Assembly (NCBI GenBank): GCA_003243955.1
Contig: QHCE01000024.1
Coordinates: forward strand, 188 to 64,187
Direction of reading: 5' to 3'
DNA from: Acidimicrobiales bacterium
Lineage (GTDB): Bacteria; Actinomycetota; Actinomycetes; Mycobacteriales; QHCE01
DNA length: 64,000 bases
Part shown: positions 46,735-58,100 of the stretch, piece after piece
How the letters are laid out: each line of letters opens with the position of its first letter
How positions within the stretch are numbered: the first letter of the stretch is position 1
Notes under the pieces: generated by a model
Seen by the model: the letters and a program-made list of their open reading frames with translations, nothing else
Database searches by the model: none
Told to the model about the DNA's origin: nothing
Translations under genes and position numbers: made by a program

Positions 46735-47678
46735 TGATCAGCGTGGAGTTCAAGGAAATCCTCACCCACAGCTGCGAGCGCTACCCCGTCCAAGATGTCA
46801 TGTTCGCTACACAACAGCTCACTGGCATCCATGGCCTGCAGCACCTCGCGCAGAATCAGCGCTCCGGCGGCGATCACGTCGACCCTTCCCGGATGAATAA
46901 CCTTAACCGCAGCCCGCGCAGCGTGCGGCGCAGTCAGTAACCAGTCAGCGATCTCGCTAACTTGCTGGGGGGTAACCCGCGCATGATGAATCCGATCGCT
47001 CTCGTACCGGGTGAGGCCTTCGGTGATCGCAACCACGGTGGTCACTGAACCCGCCACCCCCACCACAGTACGAGCACAACGCAAAAACGCGGCGCCCGTC
47101 TTCGCCATGGCGGCTCTAATCTCACGCTCCGCCAAGGTGACTTGCTCCAGAGTGGGAGGGTCGTCGCGGAAATAGCGCTCGGTGAGCCGGACCGCTCCAA
47201 TATCCATGGACATTGCCGCGCTGGGCTTGTTGGGGGTTTCGCCGTACACCACCTCGGTAGAACCACCGCCGATATCAAGGACTAAAAACGGACCTCCAGC
47301 GGGGTCGAGCCCACCAGCCGCGCCTAGATACGACAGCTGAGCTTCCGTTTCTCCATTGAGCACAGTGACCTCAATGCCCAAGACATCGCGCACTATAGAA
47401 CGCAGCTCCTCGGCATTAGCGGCGTCACGCACAGCGCTCGTCGCGACCATCCGCACCACCTCAACCCGGTGGAGTTTCAGCAGCTGCGCGTAGTCGACCA
47501 ACACCGCGCGGGTACGCCGCAACGCGGCTTCATCCAATTGTTTGGTCCGATCCACCCCAGCACCAAGCCGGACGATTTCCATCCGCCGCAGCACGTCCGC
47601 AAGGCCGTGGTCGCTCACATCCGCTATCAGCAGTCGCAGCGAGTTAGTGCCGCAATCAATTGCGGCTATCCGCTGCAT
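46731..47678 (-). CDS. ppx: Ppx/GppA-family phosphatase
   Basis: The ATG at 47678 gives [30 protein letters not shown] motif is present. The track ORF start at 47798 overlaps the DUF501 gene. Confidence 0.85.
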   Translation of the reverse strand: MQRIAAIDCGTNSLRLLIADVSDHGLADVLRRMEIVRLGAGVDRTKQLDEAALRRTRAVLVDYAQLLKLHRVEVVRMVATSAVRDAANAEELRSIVRDVLGIEVTVLNGETEAQLSYLGAAGGLDPAGGPFLVLDIGGGSTEVVYGETPNKPSAAMSMDIGAVRLTERYFRDDPPTLEQVTLAEREIRAAMAKTGAAFLRCARTVVGVAGSVTTVVAITEGLTRYESDRIHHARVTPQQVSEIADWLLTAPHAARAAVKVIHPGRVDVIAAGALILREVLQAMDASELLCSEHDILDGVALAAVGEDFLELHADQ

Positions 47679-48237
47679 GAGTGCTCTCCTCTTCGCTGTG
47701 GGCTTCGGCTTCGGTTTCGGTCGTAGCAACACAAGGTCTCGTAGTAACACAAGGCCCGGCGGCCCACCAGGTCGGAAGGCATCCCAACGCCTCGTCACCC
47801 AACGGGTTCACCCCAGGCCCTCGCGCCAACGCATGGGCCACCAGCGCGTGCAAGCACTTCACCCGGGTCGGCATTCCGCCGGCCGAAACCTGATCGATCT
47901 CAGCCACCTCACCCAACTGGTTACGCTGCGTAAGGTAGTCCACGTGCGCCGCCGCATAGCGCTGCGCCAGCTCGGAGTCGTCTCCGAGCCGCTGCGTCAT
48001 CTCTGCCATTAAGCCAGCACTCTCCAGCCGACTCAGCGCGGCGCTGACCTTGGGACAGGTGAGGTAAAACGTGGTCGGAAATGGCGTGCCATCGGCGAGC
48101 CTTGGCATGGTCCGCACTACATCGGGCAGGCCGCATGGGCAACGATGTGCCACGCTGACTGCGCCTCGGGCGGGACGGCCCAGCTGGCATTCCACCACGC
48201 TGTGGTCAAGCTCGGATAGCGGCCCGGGCTCGCTCAT
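47656..48237 (-). CDS. DUF501-domain protein
   Basis: CPCGLPDVVRTMPRLADGTPFPTTFYLTCP motif, in the conserved position between ftsB and ppx. Confidence 0.75.
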   Translation of the reverse strand: MSEPGPLSELDHSVVECQLGRPARGAVSVAHRCPCGLPDVVRTMPRLADGTPFPTTFYLTCPKVSAALSRLESAGLMAEMTQRLGDDSELAQRYAAAHVDYLTQRNQLGEVAEIDQVSAGGMPTRVKCLHALVAHALARGPGVNPLGDEALGCLPTWWAAGPCVTTRPCVATTETEAEAHSEEESTHAADSRN

Positions 48238-48251
48238 GAACCCCGAACCCC

Positions 48252-48902
48252 TCACCGGGATGAGCTCTTCTTTTCGCTCTGCACACCCGACCAGAGTTGT
48301 CCATACCATGCTTTTCCTGTCTTTCCTGGCCGTTCTTTTCCTTCCGTCCCGGCACCTCGGTCGGCATGTGAATCACCAGGATCGGCGCCCTCCACAAGGT
48401 ACGTCAGCTCGCCGGGTTCGACGTACTGCAACCGCTTGCGCGCCTGTTCCCGGATGTAGCCGTCATCGCTCCACCGGTCGATGCGCTCCTGCAACTGGGC
48501 GATGTGCTGTCTTTGCGCCACCTGATCATCACGGTTTTGCGCGATCTGGGTACGCTGCGCCACGTACTGCCTAATGGGATAGGCAAAGCTCAGCATAAGC
48601 ACGGCAACTACGGCGGCCAGCAGCGCAGCGCGACGAGTATAGCGACGCTTGACGCGCGGTCTGGAGCTTCGCGTTCGCGGGGCTTTGGACGGTGAGGTGG
48701 CGGATGCGGCCTCCGGTTTAGCCGCCTTAGACCCCCCAGTGGTGCGCGGATGACTAGTTCGATCCGGTGGTGTGCCGCGACCGGCGGAGGGCCGAGTCGG
48801 GCCGGTGCGGCGACCATCGCCTCGGCTGGGACTAGAACTCCCGCCAGCTGGTCGCCGCACCGATGTCATAACTACTCCCGCCAAGGCTGCATCGCCGCTC
48901 AT
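48252..48902 (-). CDS. Septum formation initiator FtsB/DivIC-family protein
   Basis: Basic Pro-rich N-terminus, one TM helix, a coiled coil (QIAQNRDDQVAQRQHIAQLQERI) and a DDGYIREQARKRL motif. Confidence 0.8.
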   Translation of the reverse strand: MSGDAALAGVVMTSVRRPAGGSSSPSRGDGRRTGPTRPSAGRGTPPDRTSHPRTTGGSKAAKPEAASATSPSKAPRTRSSRPRVKRRYTRRAALLAAVVAVLMLSFAYPIRQYVAQRTQIAQNRDDQVAQRQHIAQLQERIDRWSDDGYIREQARKRLQYVEPGELTYLVEGADPGDSHADRGAGTEGKERPGKTGKAWYGQLWSGVQSEKKSSSR

Positions 48903-48972
48903 ACAGCACTGAGCTGATACTAGGTGAGCATTGAGCTGATCGACGCCCGTTTAGGCCGATCGATGCCCATCT

Positions 48973-50313
<1,341 letters not shown>

Positions 50314-50346
50314 CTATCGCTACGGCGGTCCCTGCACGATTAGGAC

Positions 50347-50516
50347 TAAGAGGCTGTCGGGGGATCTCCTCCGTCGCGAGCGGTGAGTCCAGGTGGATGT
50401 ATGGCAAGGCGGAGGAATTCCAGGTAGCGGTGTTCTACCTGGAACTTTCGACAACGCAGCCAGACGCCGCCTGGTCGCCGCGCAGCAGGTACGCGAGATT
50501 TCCCGACAGCCTCTAA
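50347..50516. mobile_element. Palindromic MITE-like element, copy 1
   Basis: 20-nt terminal arms AGAGGCTGTCGGGGGATCTC and GAGATTTCCCGACAGCCTCT. The core is about 90% identical to 62756..62878 and includes the hairpin TTCCAGGTAG-CGGTGTT-CTACCTGGAA. Confidence 0.8.
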
Positions 50517-50548
50517 ACACCTATGGCAGAACCCAACGGTCTTGTAGA

Positions 50549-50923
50549 GTGACGGCCGTGGCAAGGCATCGCTCAAGCTTCCGACACAGGGCGGCTAGAG
50601 CAGCTGGGGCTTGGGCGCTAGGGGGCGCGGTCGGGGCTACGACTTTTGTTGAGCTCCTACGTCAGGGAACTCCACCGAACGAGGCAGCCAAAATTGCAAC
50701 CGGCTTTGTTTCGGGTACCGCGAGCACCATAAATAACTTTTTTGCCGACCAGCCGCAGGGCCTCTGCCTTAGCGGCATGGCTGTTACTGCTGAAATCGCA
50801 GCTGAAGCCAATGGCGTTCCCTTTGGGTTACCTTTGGCTATAGGTAACAGCGTTGGGGCCACAGCGGGCCTGTCCCGTGTATTGGTAAATCATGTTTTTG
50901 GTAGAAGACCTCCACGGCGGTAA
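50549..50923 (+). CDS. Hypothetical small Gly/Ala-rich protein (uncertain)
   Basis: Part of track ORF 50393..50923, lying downstream of the repeat element. A GTG at 50549 is possible. No family recognised. Confidence 0.3.
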   Translation: MTAVARHRSSFRHRAARAAGAWALGGAVGATTFVELLRQGTPPNEAAKIATGFVSGTASTINNFFADQPQGLCLSGMAVTAEIAAEANGVPFGLPLAIGNSVGATAGLSRVLVNHVFGRRPPRR

Positions 50924-50961
50924 CGTTAGCGGTTCTTCACGTGGCCGCCCCGTTCCGCCAT

Positions 50962-50990
50962 CTTCGACAACTAGGCACTAGTTGTCGAAG
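50962..50990. terminator. Perfect 13-bp hairpin between convergent genes
   Basis: CTTCGACAACTAG-GCA-CTAGTTGTCGAAG, with no strong T tract. Confidence 0.4.
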
Positions 50991-51042
50991 GTTTAACTAG
51001 ATGCTTTGGCTGCTTTAGTATTGTTACTTCGGCGGCTCGGCT

Positions 51043-52086
51043 CTACCCACCCGTACTCGCCGCCTCGGCGGCTCTTACCCGGCCAGCGTAGCGGTCTGCC
51101 GCGTCGCGCAGCGCGGCCTCAGCATCCAGGCTCAGTTCACGGGCCTCGGCCACAATCGCCAACAGTAAGTCGCCGAGCTGCTCACTGTCGGCGGGGACTG
51201 TAATGCCAGAAGGCAGCGCGGGAGCCGAGACGTCTAGACCGAATTTTCCGGCCTTGCTGAGGTACTTGCGCGCTAAAGACAGCGCCGGCTGTGAGCGGGC
51301 GACTCCGTCCAACGCCGAGCTCCGGCTCTTCTCCGCGTGCTTAATCTGCTCCCAATTCGCGAGCACCTCACCTGAGCCGGTCACCGACTCGCCGGCAAAA
51401 ACATGCGGATGCCGGCTTAGCAGCTTGTTCACCAAACTGGCCGCCACATCATCGATGTTCCAGCGCTCGCCTTCCGGCGCATCCTCGGCCAGCCGGGCAT
51501 GAAACACCGCCTGCAGCAGCACATCGCCGAGTTCTTCAATGATGTCGTCACGGTTGCCCGATTGCACCGCGTCGTAGGCCTCATAGGCTTCTTCCAGCAA
51601 ATACGGCAGCAGCGAGGCATGCGTCTGTTCGGCATCCCACGGACAACCGCCCGGTGACCGCAGCTGATTCATCACCTCCACCACGTCGAGCAGCCGCGCA
51701 CCTGGCGGATCCCATGAGCCGTACACCAGCTCTAGCTGTGGTTGGGGTGTCGCTGTCGGCCCTGACGGCCGGAGTAGCTGCTGGCCCAAAGCCCGCGCGA
51801 AGTCTTGATCGCCATCGGCGCCCACCAGCCACACCGCGCCGGGATCAGAACCCCCGGAGGCGATCGCCCCGTCGCGGAACTGTTGCGCCTGGGCGGCGGC
51901 CGAACCATCGAGGCCCTCGGCGCCGTCGATGATCGTGACCTTCTCGCCGGCGGAACGGACAGCTTCGACCGTTTCGGACTCAACACCGGCAAACACCGGA
52001 TGGGTGCGAATGAGGTCCCACGCTTGCGCGGTCATCACACCGGCGGGTAAGCGGGGCGAGGTCGCGAGGAGGTAGAGGTTGGTCAC
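51043..52086 (-). CDS. mazG: MazG nucleoside triphosphate pyrophosphohydrolase (with N-terminal methylase-like domain)
   Basis: CPWDAEQTHASLLPYLLEEAYEAYDA and EELGDVLLQAVFHA are MazG EExxE motifs. Confidence 0.85.
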   Translation of the reverse strand: MTNLYLLATSPRLPAGVMTAQAWDLIRTHPVFAGVESETVEAVRSAGEKVTIIDGAEGLDGSAAAQAQQFRDGAIASGGSDPGAVWLVGADGDQDFARALGQQLLRPSGPTATPQPQLELVYGSWDPPGARLLDVVEVMNQLRSPGGCPWDAEQTHASLLPYLLEEAYEAYDAVQSGNRDDIIEELGDVLLQAVFHARLAEDAPEGERWNIDDVAASLVNKLLSRHPHVFAGESVTGSGEVLANWEQIKHAEKSRSSALDGVARSQPALSLARKYLSKAGKFGLDVSAPALPSGITVPADSEQLGDLLLAIVAEARELSLDAEAALRDAADRYAGRVRAAEAASTGG

Positions 52087-52172
52087 GCTGAGCAGCCTAC
52101 TGAGCCGGGCAAGCCTGCTCGGTCCGGTGACAGCTTAACCTCCTTCTGGTCTACACATGCTAACGTAGGTGC

Positions 52173-52418
52173 ATGTTGTCGCATCGGCTCCAGATACTGC
52201 TAGATGATGACCGCTATGCGCGTGTCACCACGTTAGCGCAGGGGCGGGATACTTCAGTGGCAGCAGTGATACGCGAAGCCATAGATCGTGGTCTGCCAGC
52301 CACAACTGCCCGCAGATATGCCGCAGGCGAACGTATTCTTACCGCCGCACCGGAGCAGTTTGGCGATGCGGCCGAGTTAAAGACCGAACTGGACGAGCTT
52401 CGTGGCCGTCACGGGTAA
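52173..52418 (+). CDS. Ribbon-helix-helix antitoxin (VapB-like)
   Basis: 81 aa beginning LSHRLQILLDDDRYARVTTLAQGRDTSVAAVIREAI (RHH). It overlaps the PIN gene. Confidence 0.65.
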   Translation: MLSHRLQILLDDDRYARVTTLAQGRDTSVAAVIREAIDRGLPATTARRYAAGERILTAAPEQFGDAAELKTELDELRGRHG

Positions 52419-52860
52419 GTCTCCTACCCTGGTGCTCGACACAACCGTGCTGTTATATGCGGTCGGCAACGACCACAGGTTCCGCGAGCCGTGCCAACGC
52501 ATCGTAAAAGCAGTACAGCAGGGAGTGCTGAATGGCACCACGACCGTAGAAGTGATACAAGAGTTCACGCACGTTCGAGCACGACGACGTGATCGCGCTG
52601 ATGCCGGGCAGCTGGCATCAGCCTACATGGAACTACTGGCTCCGCTGCTTATTGTAGAGACCTCCGATCTCCGACACGGGCTACAGCTCTTCACTCAAAT
52701 TCACTCGCTAGGCAGCTTTGACTGTGTGCTGGCAGCGGCGACGCAGGCAATCGGAGGCACACTGGTCTCGGCCGACGCGGCCTTCGCCGAGGCATCCCAG
52801 CTCCGCCATGTGGTGCCCGACGACGCCTCGATCACCGACCTGCTCGCATCCGTACAGTGA
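52402..52860 (+). CDS. vapC: PIN-domain toxin (VapC-like)
   Basis: LVLDTTVLLYAV (first acidic residue), EVIQEF, and FDCVLAAA...LVSADAAF motifs. Confidence 0.75.
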   Translation: MAVTGKSPTLVLDTTVLLYAVGNDHRFREPCQRIVKAVQQGVLNGTTTVEVIQEFTHVRARRRDRADAGQLASAYMELLAPLLIVETSDLRHGLQLFTQIHSLGSFDCVLAAATQAIGGTLVSADAAFAEASQLRHVVPDDASITDLLASVQ

Positions 52861-53041
52861 CCTGACGGAGCCGTGGCTGTAATTAGAGGGTTGTTCGCGG
52901 GCACTAAACGGTTGACCAAAGATCGGCTGAGCCACAAGAGCTGCGGCATTACGCGCGCTTTCGCCAGTGTGTCCGTTTCTACTGCGAGAGCGGACATTAC
53001 AGCTTGCAGGCTGGTTTCGTGGAAGGGTTCGTGGTCTGTGG

Positions 53042-53425
53042 CTAACTGTTTCCGGGTCGCATGTACACGCCTGCGCGCGCTGCGATCACGGCAGCTTGGG
53101 CAGCTTGGGCAGCTTGGTCTGCCATGGTTTCGTCGATGCTGTCACCAGTGACTAGCAAATGGTAGTAGAGAGGAGCTGACACCGCGCGGATTACCTTATG
53201 GGTATCCGTCCCTTGTGGCACCTCACCCCGTTCGATGGCCTGTTGTACGCAGGGCACCCACTCAGCAATGCGTGTGTCGTAGAAACCGTGCATTGCGGAC
53301 GCGGCGTGGGCGTCGCACATCGCCGCCGCGATGATCGATGTGAACAGCGAATCCTGCTCGGCTGGGCCGTCGCCGACCACATGCGCACTGACCTCGTCGA
53401 AGCCGACGAACAACACGGCGTGCGC
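53042..53425 (-). pseudogene. TetR-family regulator fragment (C-terminal domain only)
   Basis: TetR_C-like helices (PCVQQAIERGEVPQGTDTHKVIRAVSAPLYYHLLVTG). The N-terminal HTH is absent, and the 5' side meets an IS fragment. Confidence 0.55.
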
Positions 53426-53427
53426 GC

Positions 53428-53661
53428 TCGATGGGACGCAGCGGGGTATGCTGGGACAACGCCGCCGCCGAGACGTTCTGGTCAACACTGAAGGCCGAAT
53501 TCTACAACCGGCACCGCTAGCCCACCAAAGCCGAAGCTAAACTCGCTGTCGGAACCTGGATCAAAGACCGCTACAACCACCGCCGGCGACACTCCTCGAT
53601 CAAAATGCTCACCCCCGTACGCTTCGAGAAGACTCACCCCCAGACGGCAACCGCCGCCTGA
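53428..53661 (+). mobile_element. IS3-family transposase 3' fragment with an in-frame stop
   Basis: [30 protein letters not shown]-stop-PTKAEAKLAVGTWIKDRYNHRRRHSSIKMLTPVRFE is a canonical integrase-core C-terminus. Confidence 0.75.
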
Positions 53662-53744
53662 CCACGCGTCCACCATCCGGGGTGAACCCAGGACCTTTTC
53701 ACATGAGGCAACGAACCCAACTACGCGGACCTTTAGATGAGTCA

Positions 53745-54231
53745 ACGCGCTCGGCATTCCACGGGGTGCATATCACTTTGCGCGCCCACAAACCCCTGGG
53801 ATGTAGAGGCAAACCACTTCGTACAAACAGTGAAGGACGCCGGATGGGGCGAAAAGGATGTCGCCGCACTAGACCTGGAAGCGGCTGGGGGGCAAAACGC
53901 AGACCAACTTAACATCTGGGCGACGAACTGGATAAACCGAATCCGCGAACAGCTCACCGGTCGAATCCTATTCGATACAGCCCTTGGTTTTTTATTGAAC
54001 CAGATGGGTGACCCGCCTGAACTGCCTGGTGCCGCTACGTTGTGGATCGCTCGATACACCACAGGGCCGGTTTACGGGCCACCACTTCGCCTCCCACGAA
54101 GTGCGCCTGATCCTCCACCGATCTGGCAGTGCTCAAATGGAACAGACGGCTGCGTTAGTGACGTACCCGGCATAGGAAGCGTTGATTACAACCACGCAAC
54201 CGATCAGGCCTTTACGGACCTATGGGGCTAG
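53745..54231 (+). pseudogene. GH25 lysozyme (muramidase) pseudogene: 5'-truncated and frameshifted
   Basis: VNALGIPRGAYHFARPQTPGM-stop in one frame is followed by WDVEANHFVQTV...AALDLE...LWIARYT...IWQCSNG...GIGSVDYNHA in another. Confidence 0.6.
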
Positions 54232-54405
54232 TAGCATGGCGTCTTCGGGGCGTTCTACTAGCCTGAACAGCCCTGGCCGCCCTGCAACTTTAAACCTCTA
54301 CTACTCTCACGCCGACACTCGAAGGCTACTGGTTCGGCATTGTCCGAAACCGTCTAAACGATGTCAGCCACCGTAGTTGTAACCAACGACGATAATCGCT
54401 GGACT

Positions 54406-54641
54406 TCATAGCGACATAAAGAGTACGCCCAGCGTTGAAATAATCTTTTCGTTATCGTACAGAGTTCTATCGCTCACGACTTCTAGGCCGAAAGATTTGC
54501 CGAACGGTGGCACGCCACCTGGTTTTACGCCACTTGTAATCTCATCGACCTCTTCTTCGGTTGCAAAGCGAGTATCTTCGGCCTGAAACAGCTCTTTGAC
54601 CTATTACTGTTGAACTTTTGCCCGGCAGGCATGACAAGCAT
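54406..54641 (-). pseudogene. YbaK/aminoacyl-tRNA deacylase-like fragment
   Basis: The minus strand reads MLVMPAGQKFNSNR-stop-stop, then VKELFQAEDTRFATEEEVDEITSGVKPGGVPPFGKSFGLEVVSDRTLYDNEKII. Low GC. Confidence 0.4.
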
Positions 54642-54657
54642 GAGAAGTTTTTTACCT

Positions 54658-54996
54658 TCATTCGGAATTTGGCGGAGCGGGACGCAGCCGCTCCACGATC
54701 GCTTCTACCTGAGCAACGGTCATGACGGGAACACTGTTCTCAGCCAGCCCAGTGGTAATCATATCTCGCACCACCGCTGACATAGATTTGTTTTCACGAC
54801 GCGCACGCTCGCTCAAGGCGGCAGCCAGCTCGTGGCTTATGCGTACCCCCACAAACGCGCTGCGCGTGTCCATCGCGGCGGCATAAGCACCGGTAGCGAC
54901 GGCTTCGCGCGCCTCAGCGACCTCAGCAACGGCAGCCTCAGCTTCTTCAGCCGCGTACGCAGCACGCACCTGCTCACCGCTCATCGTGACAGTCAT
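54658..54996 (-). CDS. Hypothetical RHH-like protein
   Basis: FVGVRISHELAAALSERARRENKSMSAVVRDMI looks like a CopG/RHH segment. No toxin partner is evident. Confidence 0.4.
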   Translation of the reverse strand: MTVTMSGEQVRAAYAAEEAEAAVAEVAEAREAVATGAYAAAMDTRSAFVGVRISHELAAALSERARRENKSMSAVVRDMITTGLAENSVPVMTVAQVEAIVERLRPAPPNSE

Positions 54997-55143
54997 GATG
55001 CATCTCCCATTCGATAGGTACGAAGATCAGCGCCCCTAGCAATCCACGCGCTATACCCGCGTCCGGTCTCTGGGGCATATACACTACCAATGTAAAACAA
55101 AATTAAACACACGTTGTCTTTACTCTTCGTAGTGATGTTCAAG

Positions 55144-58100
55144 CTAGCCGGCGAGCACGGGCAGTACATCGCGGCACCACGCCAGCAGTTCCGCGTCGCG
55201 CAGCGGGGTGCCGCCAATCCGTGCGGTGCTCGGCGCGGGCACCGTTACCACCTGCGACGCCTGCTTGTACACCGAGCCCGGGTACAGCCGCGCCAGCCGC
55301 ATCGCACGGCTTTCGGGAAGCTGGATCGGGGCGAGTCGAATCTGCTTGCCTTGTTGCGTAATCTCAGTCACGCCCGCCTCCCGCGCCTGCACCCGTAGCG
55401 CGGCGACCTCCAGCAGCAGCTCGACCGGTGTAGGCGCTGGACCGTATCGATCCGCCAGCTCCTCGCGCACCGCATCGATGCTGGCTGTGTTCTGCGCCTC
55501 GGCGAGCTTTCGATACATCTCCAGTCGCAGCCGTTCGCCAGTGACGTAGTCGTGCGGAATGTTGGCGTTGATCGGCAAGTCGACTTTCGTCTCCAGCACC
55601 GGCTCGGCTTTCACCTGGCCAGTTTGTGTGGCCTTGTATTCCGCGACCGCTTCGCTCACCATGCGGACATACAGATCAAAACCCACTGCGGCGATGTGAC
55701 CAGACTGCTCGCCACCCAACAGGTTGCCTGCGCCCCGGATCTCCAGGTCCTTCATTGCCACGAACATGCCGGCACCCAGCTCAGAGTGCTGCGCGATGGT
55801 GGCAAGTCGTTCGTGCGCGGTCTCGGTGAGCGGGCGTTCACTCGGGTACAAAAAGTAGGCGTAAGCGCGCTCGCGGCCTCGCCCGACCCGGCCCCGGATT
55901 TGGTGCAGCTGAGAAAGCCCAAACATGTCAGCGCGCTCCACGATCAGCGTGTTGGCGTTCGGGATATCCAGGCCTGACTCCACGATGGTGGTGCAGACCA
56001 AGACGTCGTAGCGTTTCTCCCAAAACCCCAACATCACCTGCTCCAGCGCATCTTCGCTCATCTGACCGTGCCCGACGCAGACTCGCGCGGTGGGCACTAA
56101 GGAACGGATGCGGGTGGCGGCGCGATCAATAGACTCCACCCGGTTGTGCACGTAGAAGATCTGCCCGTCGCGCAACAGCTCACGCTTGATGGCCGCGGCG
56201 ATTTGCTGATCGTCGTAGCCGCCGACATAGGTCAGCACCGGATGGCGCTCCTCCGGTGGAGTTGCGATCGTCGACATCTCCCGAATGCCGGTCATCGACA
56301 TCTCCAACGTGCGCGGAATCGGCGTTGCCGACAACGTCAGCACGTCCACACTGGCACGCAACTGCTTCAAGTGCTCCTTGTGCTCCACACCGAAGCGCTG
56401 CTCTTCGTCCACAATGACCAAACCGAGGTCGCCGAAGCGCACGCCAGTCTGCAACAGCCGATGCGTACCAATGACAATGTCGACGCTTCGGTCGGCCAAA
56501 CCCTCGAGCACCTTGCGGGCTTGGGCGTCGGTCTGGAAGCGCGAGAGCTGCGCGATCCGCACCGGGAACTGAGCTAGCCGCTCAGTGAACGTGCCCATGT
56601 GCTGGCGGGCCAGCAACGTTGTGGGCACCAACAGTGCTACCTGCTTGCCGTCTTGCACCGCCTTGAACGCCGCCCGCACCGCGATCTCGGTCTTGCCATA
56701 GCCAACGTCCCCGGAAATCACCCGGTCCATCGGGTGGGGCTGCTCCATGTCGCGCTTGACATCATCAATCGCGACGAGCTGATCCGGAGTCTCCGTGAAC
56801 GCAAATGCATCTTCGAGCTCGCGCTGCCAAGGAGTGTCAGCGGCGAATGCGTGTCCCGGAGTGGAGGTACGTGCAGCGTAAAGCCGCACCAGCTCCGCGG
56901 CGATTTGCCGCACTGCCTTGCGAGCTCGCCCCTTGGACTTCTGCCAGTCCGCGCCGCCGATCCGGTGCAACGTCGGTTGTTCGCCGCCGACGTAACGCGT
57001 GAGCAGGTCGAGTTGATCGGTGGGGACGAACACCCGGTCGCCGGGCTGCCCTCGCTTACTCGCCGCGTACTCCAACACCAGGTACTCGCGCTGCGCTCCA
57101 GCGACGCTGCGACGAATCAGCTCCATGTAACGCCCTACACCGTGCTGTTCATGCACCACGTAATCTCCGGGGCTCAGCTGCAGCGGATCAATAGTGTTGC
57201 GACGTTTAGGCGCCATGCGGCGTGGCGTTTCCGCTGGACGGGCACCGGTGAGGTCAGCTTCGGTGAACAGCGCCAGCCGGAACGGCTGCGCCAGAAAGCC
57301 GCGCTCGAACTCACCCGTCGTGACGGTGACGACCCCAGGCTGAGGCGCTACGTCCAACGAGTCGACCAACGCGACGCCAATGCCGGCATCGCGCAGCTGC
57401 TCGGCCGCACGCTGCGCCGGCCCGTGCCCAGCGAAACACACCACGACCGCCCAACCGTCGCGTGCGTGCTCGCCGAGCTGAGCAAGCGCTCGCTCAGTGC
57501 TGCCCCCAAAGCTTGGCGAAGCCGTGGCGTCCAGCGGAAAAGTCGCACCTTCGTCGGCAGCGAATGGACCCACCGACCACCATGGCATGCCCAGTTCGCC
57601 AGCGGTTTTCTGCACATGTTCAAGCTCGCGGAAAGACGAAACCCCGACATCGATCGGGCTCTGTCCACCCACAGCGGCCGCGGCCCACGATGCTTGACGG
57701 AATTCTTCGCTGGTGGCAACCAGATCATGTGCCCTCGCCCGGACTCGCTCCGGGTCACACACCAGCACGTGAGTGCGCGGGGACAGCACCGCAAGCAGCA
57801 GCTCAAGCTCGTCGGCTGCGTCCACCAGCGCGGGTAACAGCGACTCCATACCCTCTACCGGAATACCCTCGGCAACCTTGGCGAGCAGCTCGATGAGTTC
57901 GGGGTGCTCACTACTTAGCTGAGCCGCGCGAGCACGTATTTTGGGAGTCAGTAGCAGTTCTCGACACGGCGGTGCCAACAGTCCTCGAGGAGCAAGCTCC
58001 AACGACCGCTGATCGGCCACGCTGAAGTACCGAATCTCTTCAATCTCGTCGCCGAAGAACTCCACCCGCAGCGGGTGCTCCTCGGTCGGCGGAAATACGT

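Noticed and set aside
50393-50480. Two ORFs (50393.. and 62777..) share the N-terminus MDVWQGG.IPGSGVLPG.FDNAARRRL, suggesting a small protein family.
   Set aside because: The shared peptide is simply the translated core of the repeated palindromic element. The sequences diverge as soon as the repeat ends, and copy 2 lies inside a broken gene.
53092-53120. 9-bp tandem repeat CAGCTTGGG x3 (giving AAQAAQAA in the TetR fragment). A CTTCGG-type repeat near 47700 (giving PKPKPKP or TETEAEA) was also noticed.
   Set aside because: These are short coding microsatellites of three units or fewer. One lies in a pseudogene, and the other lies in a probably untranslated extension of ppx.
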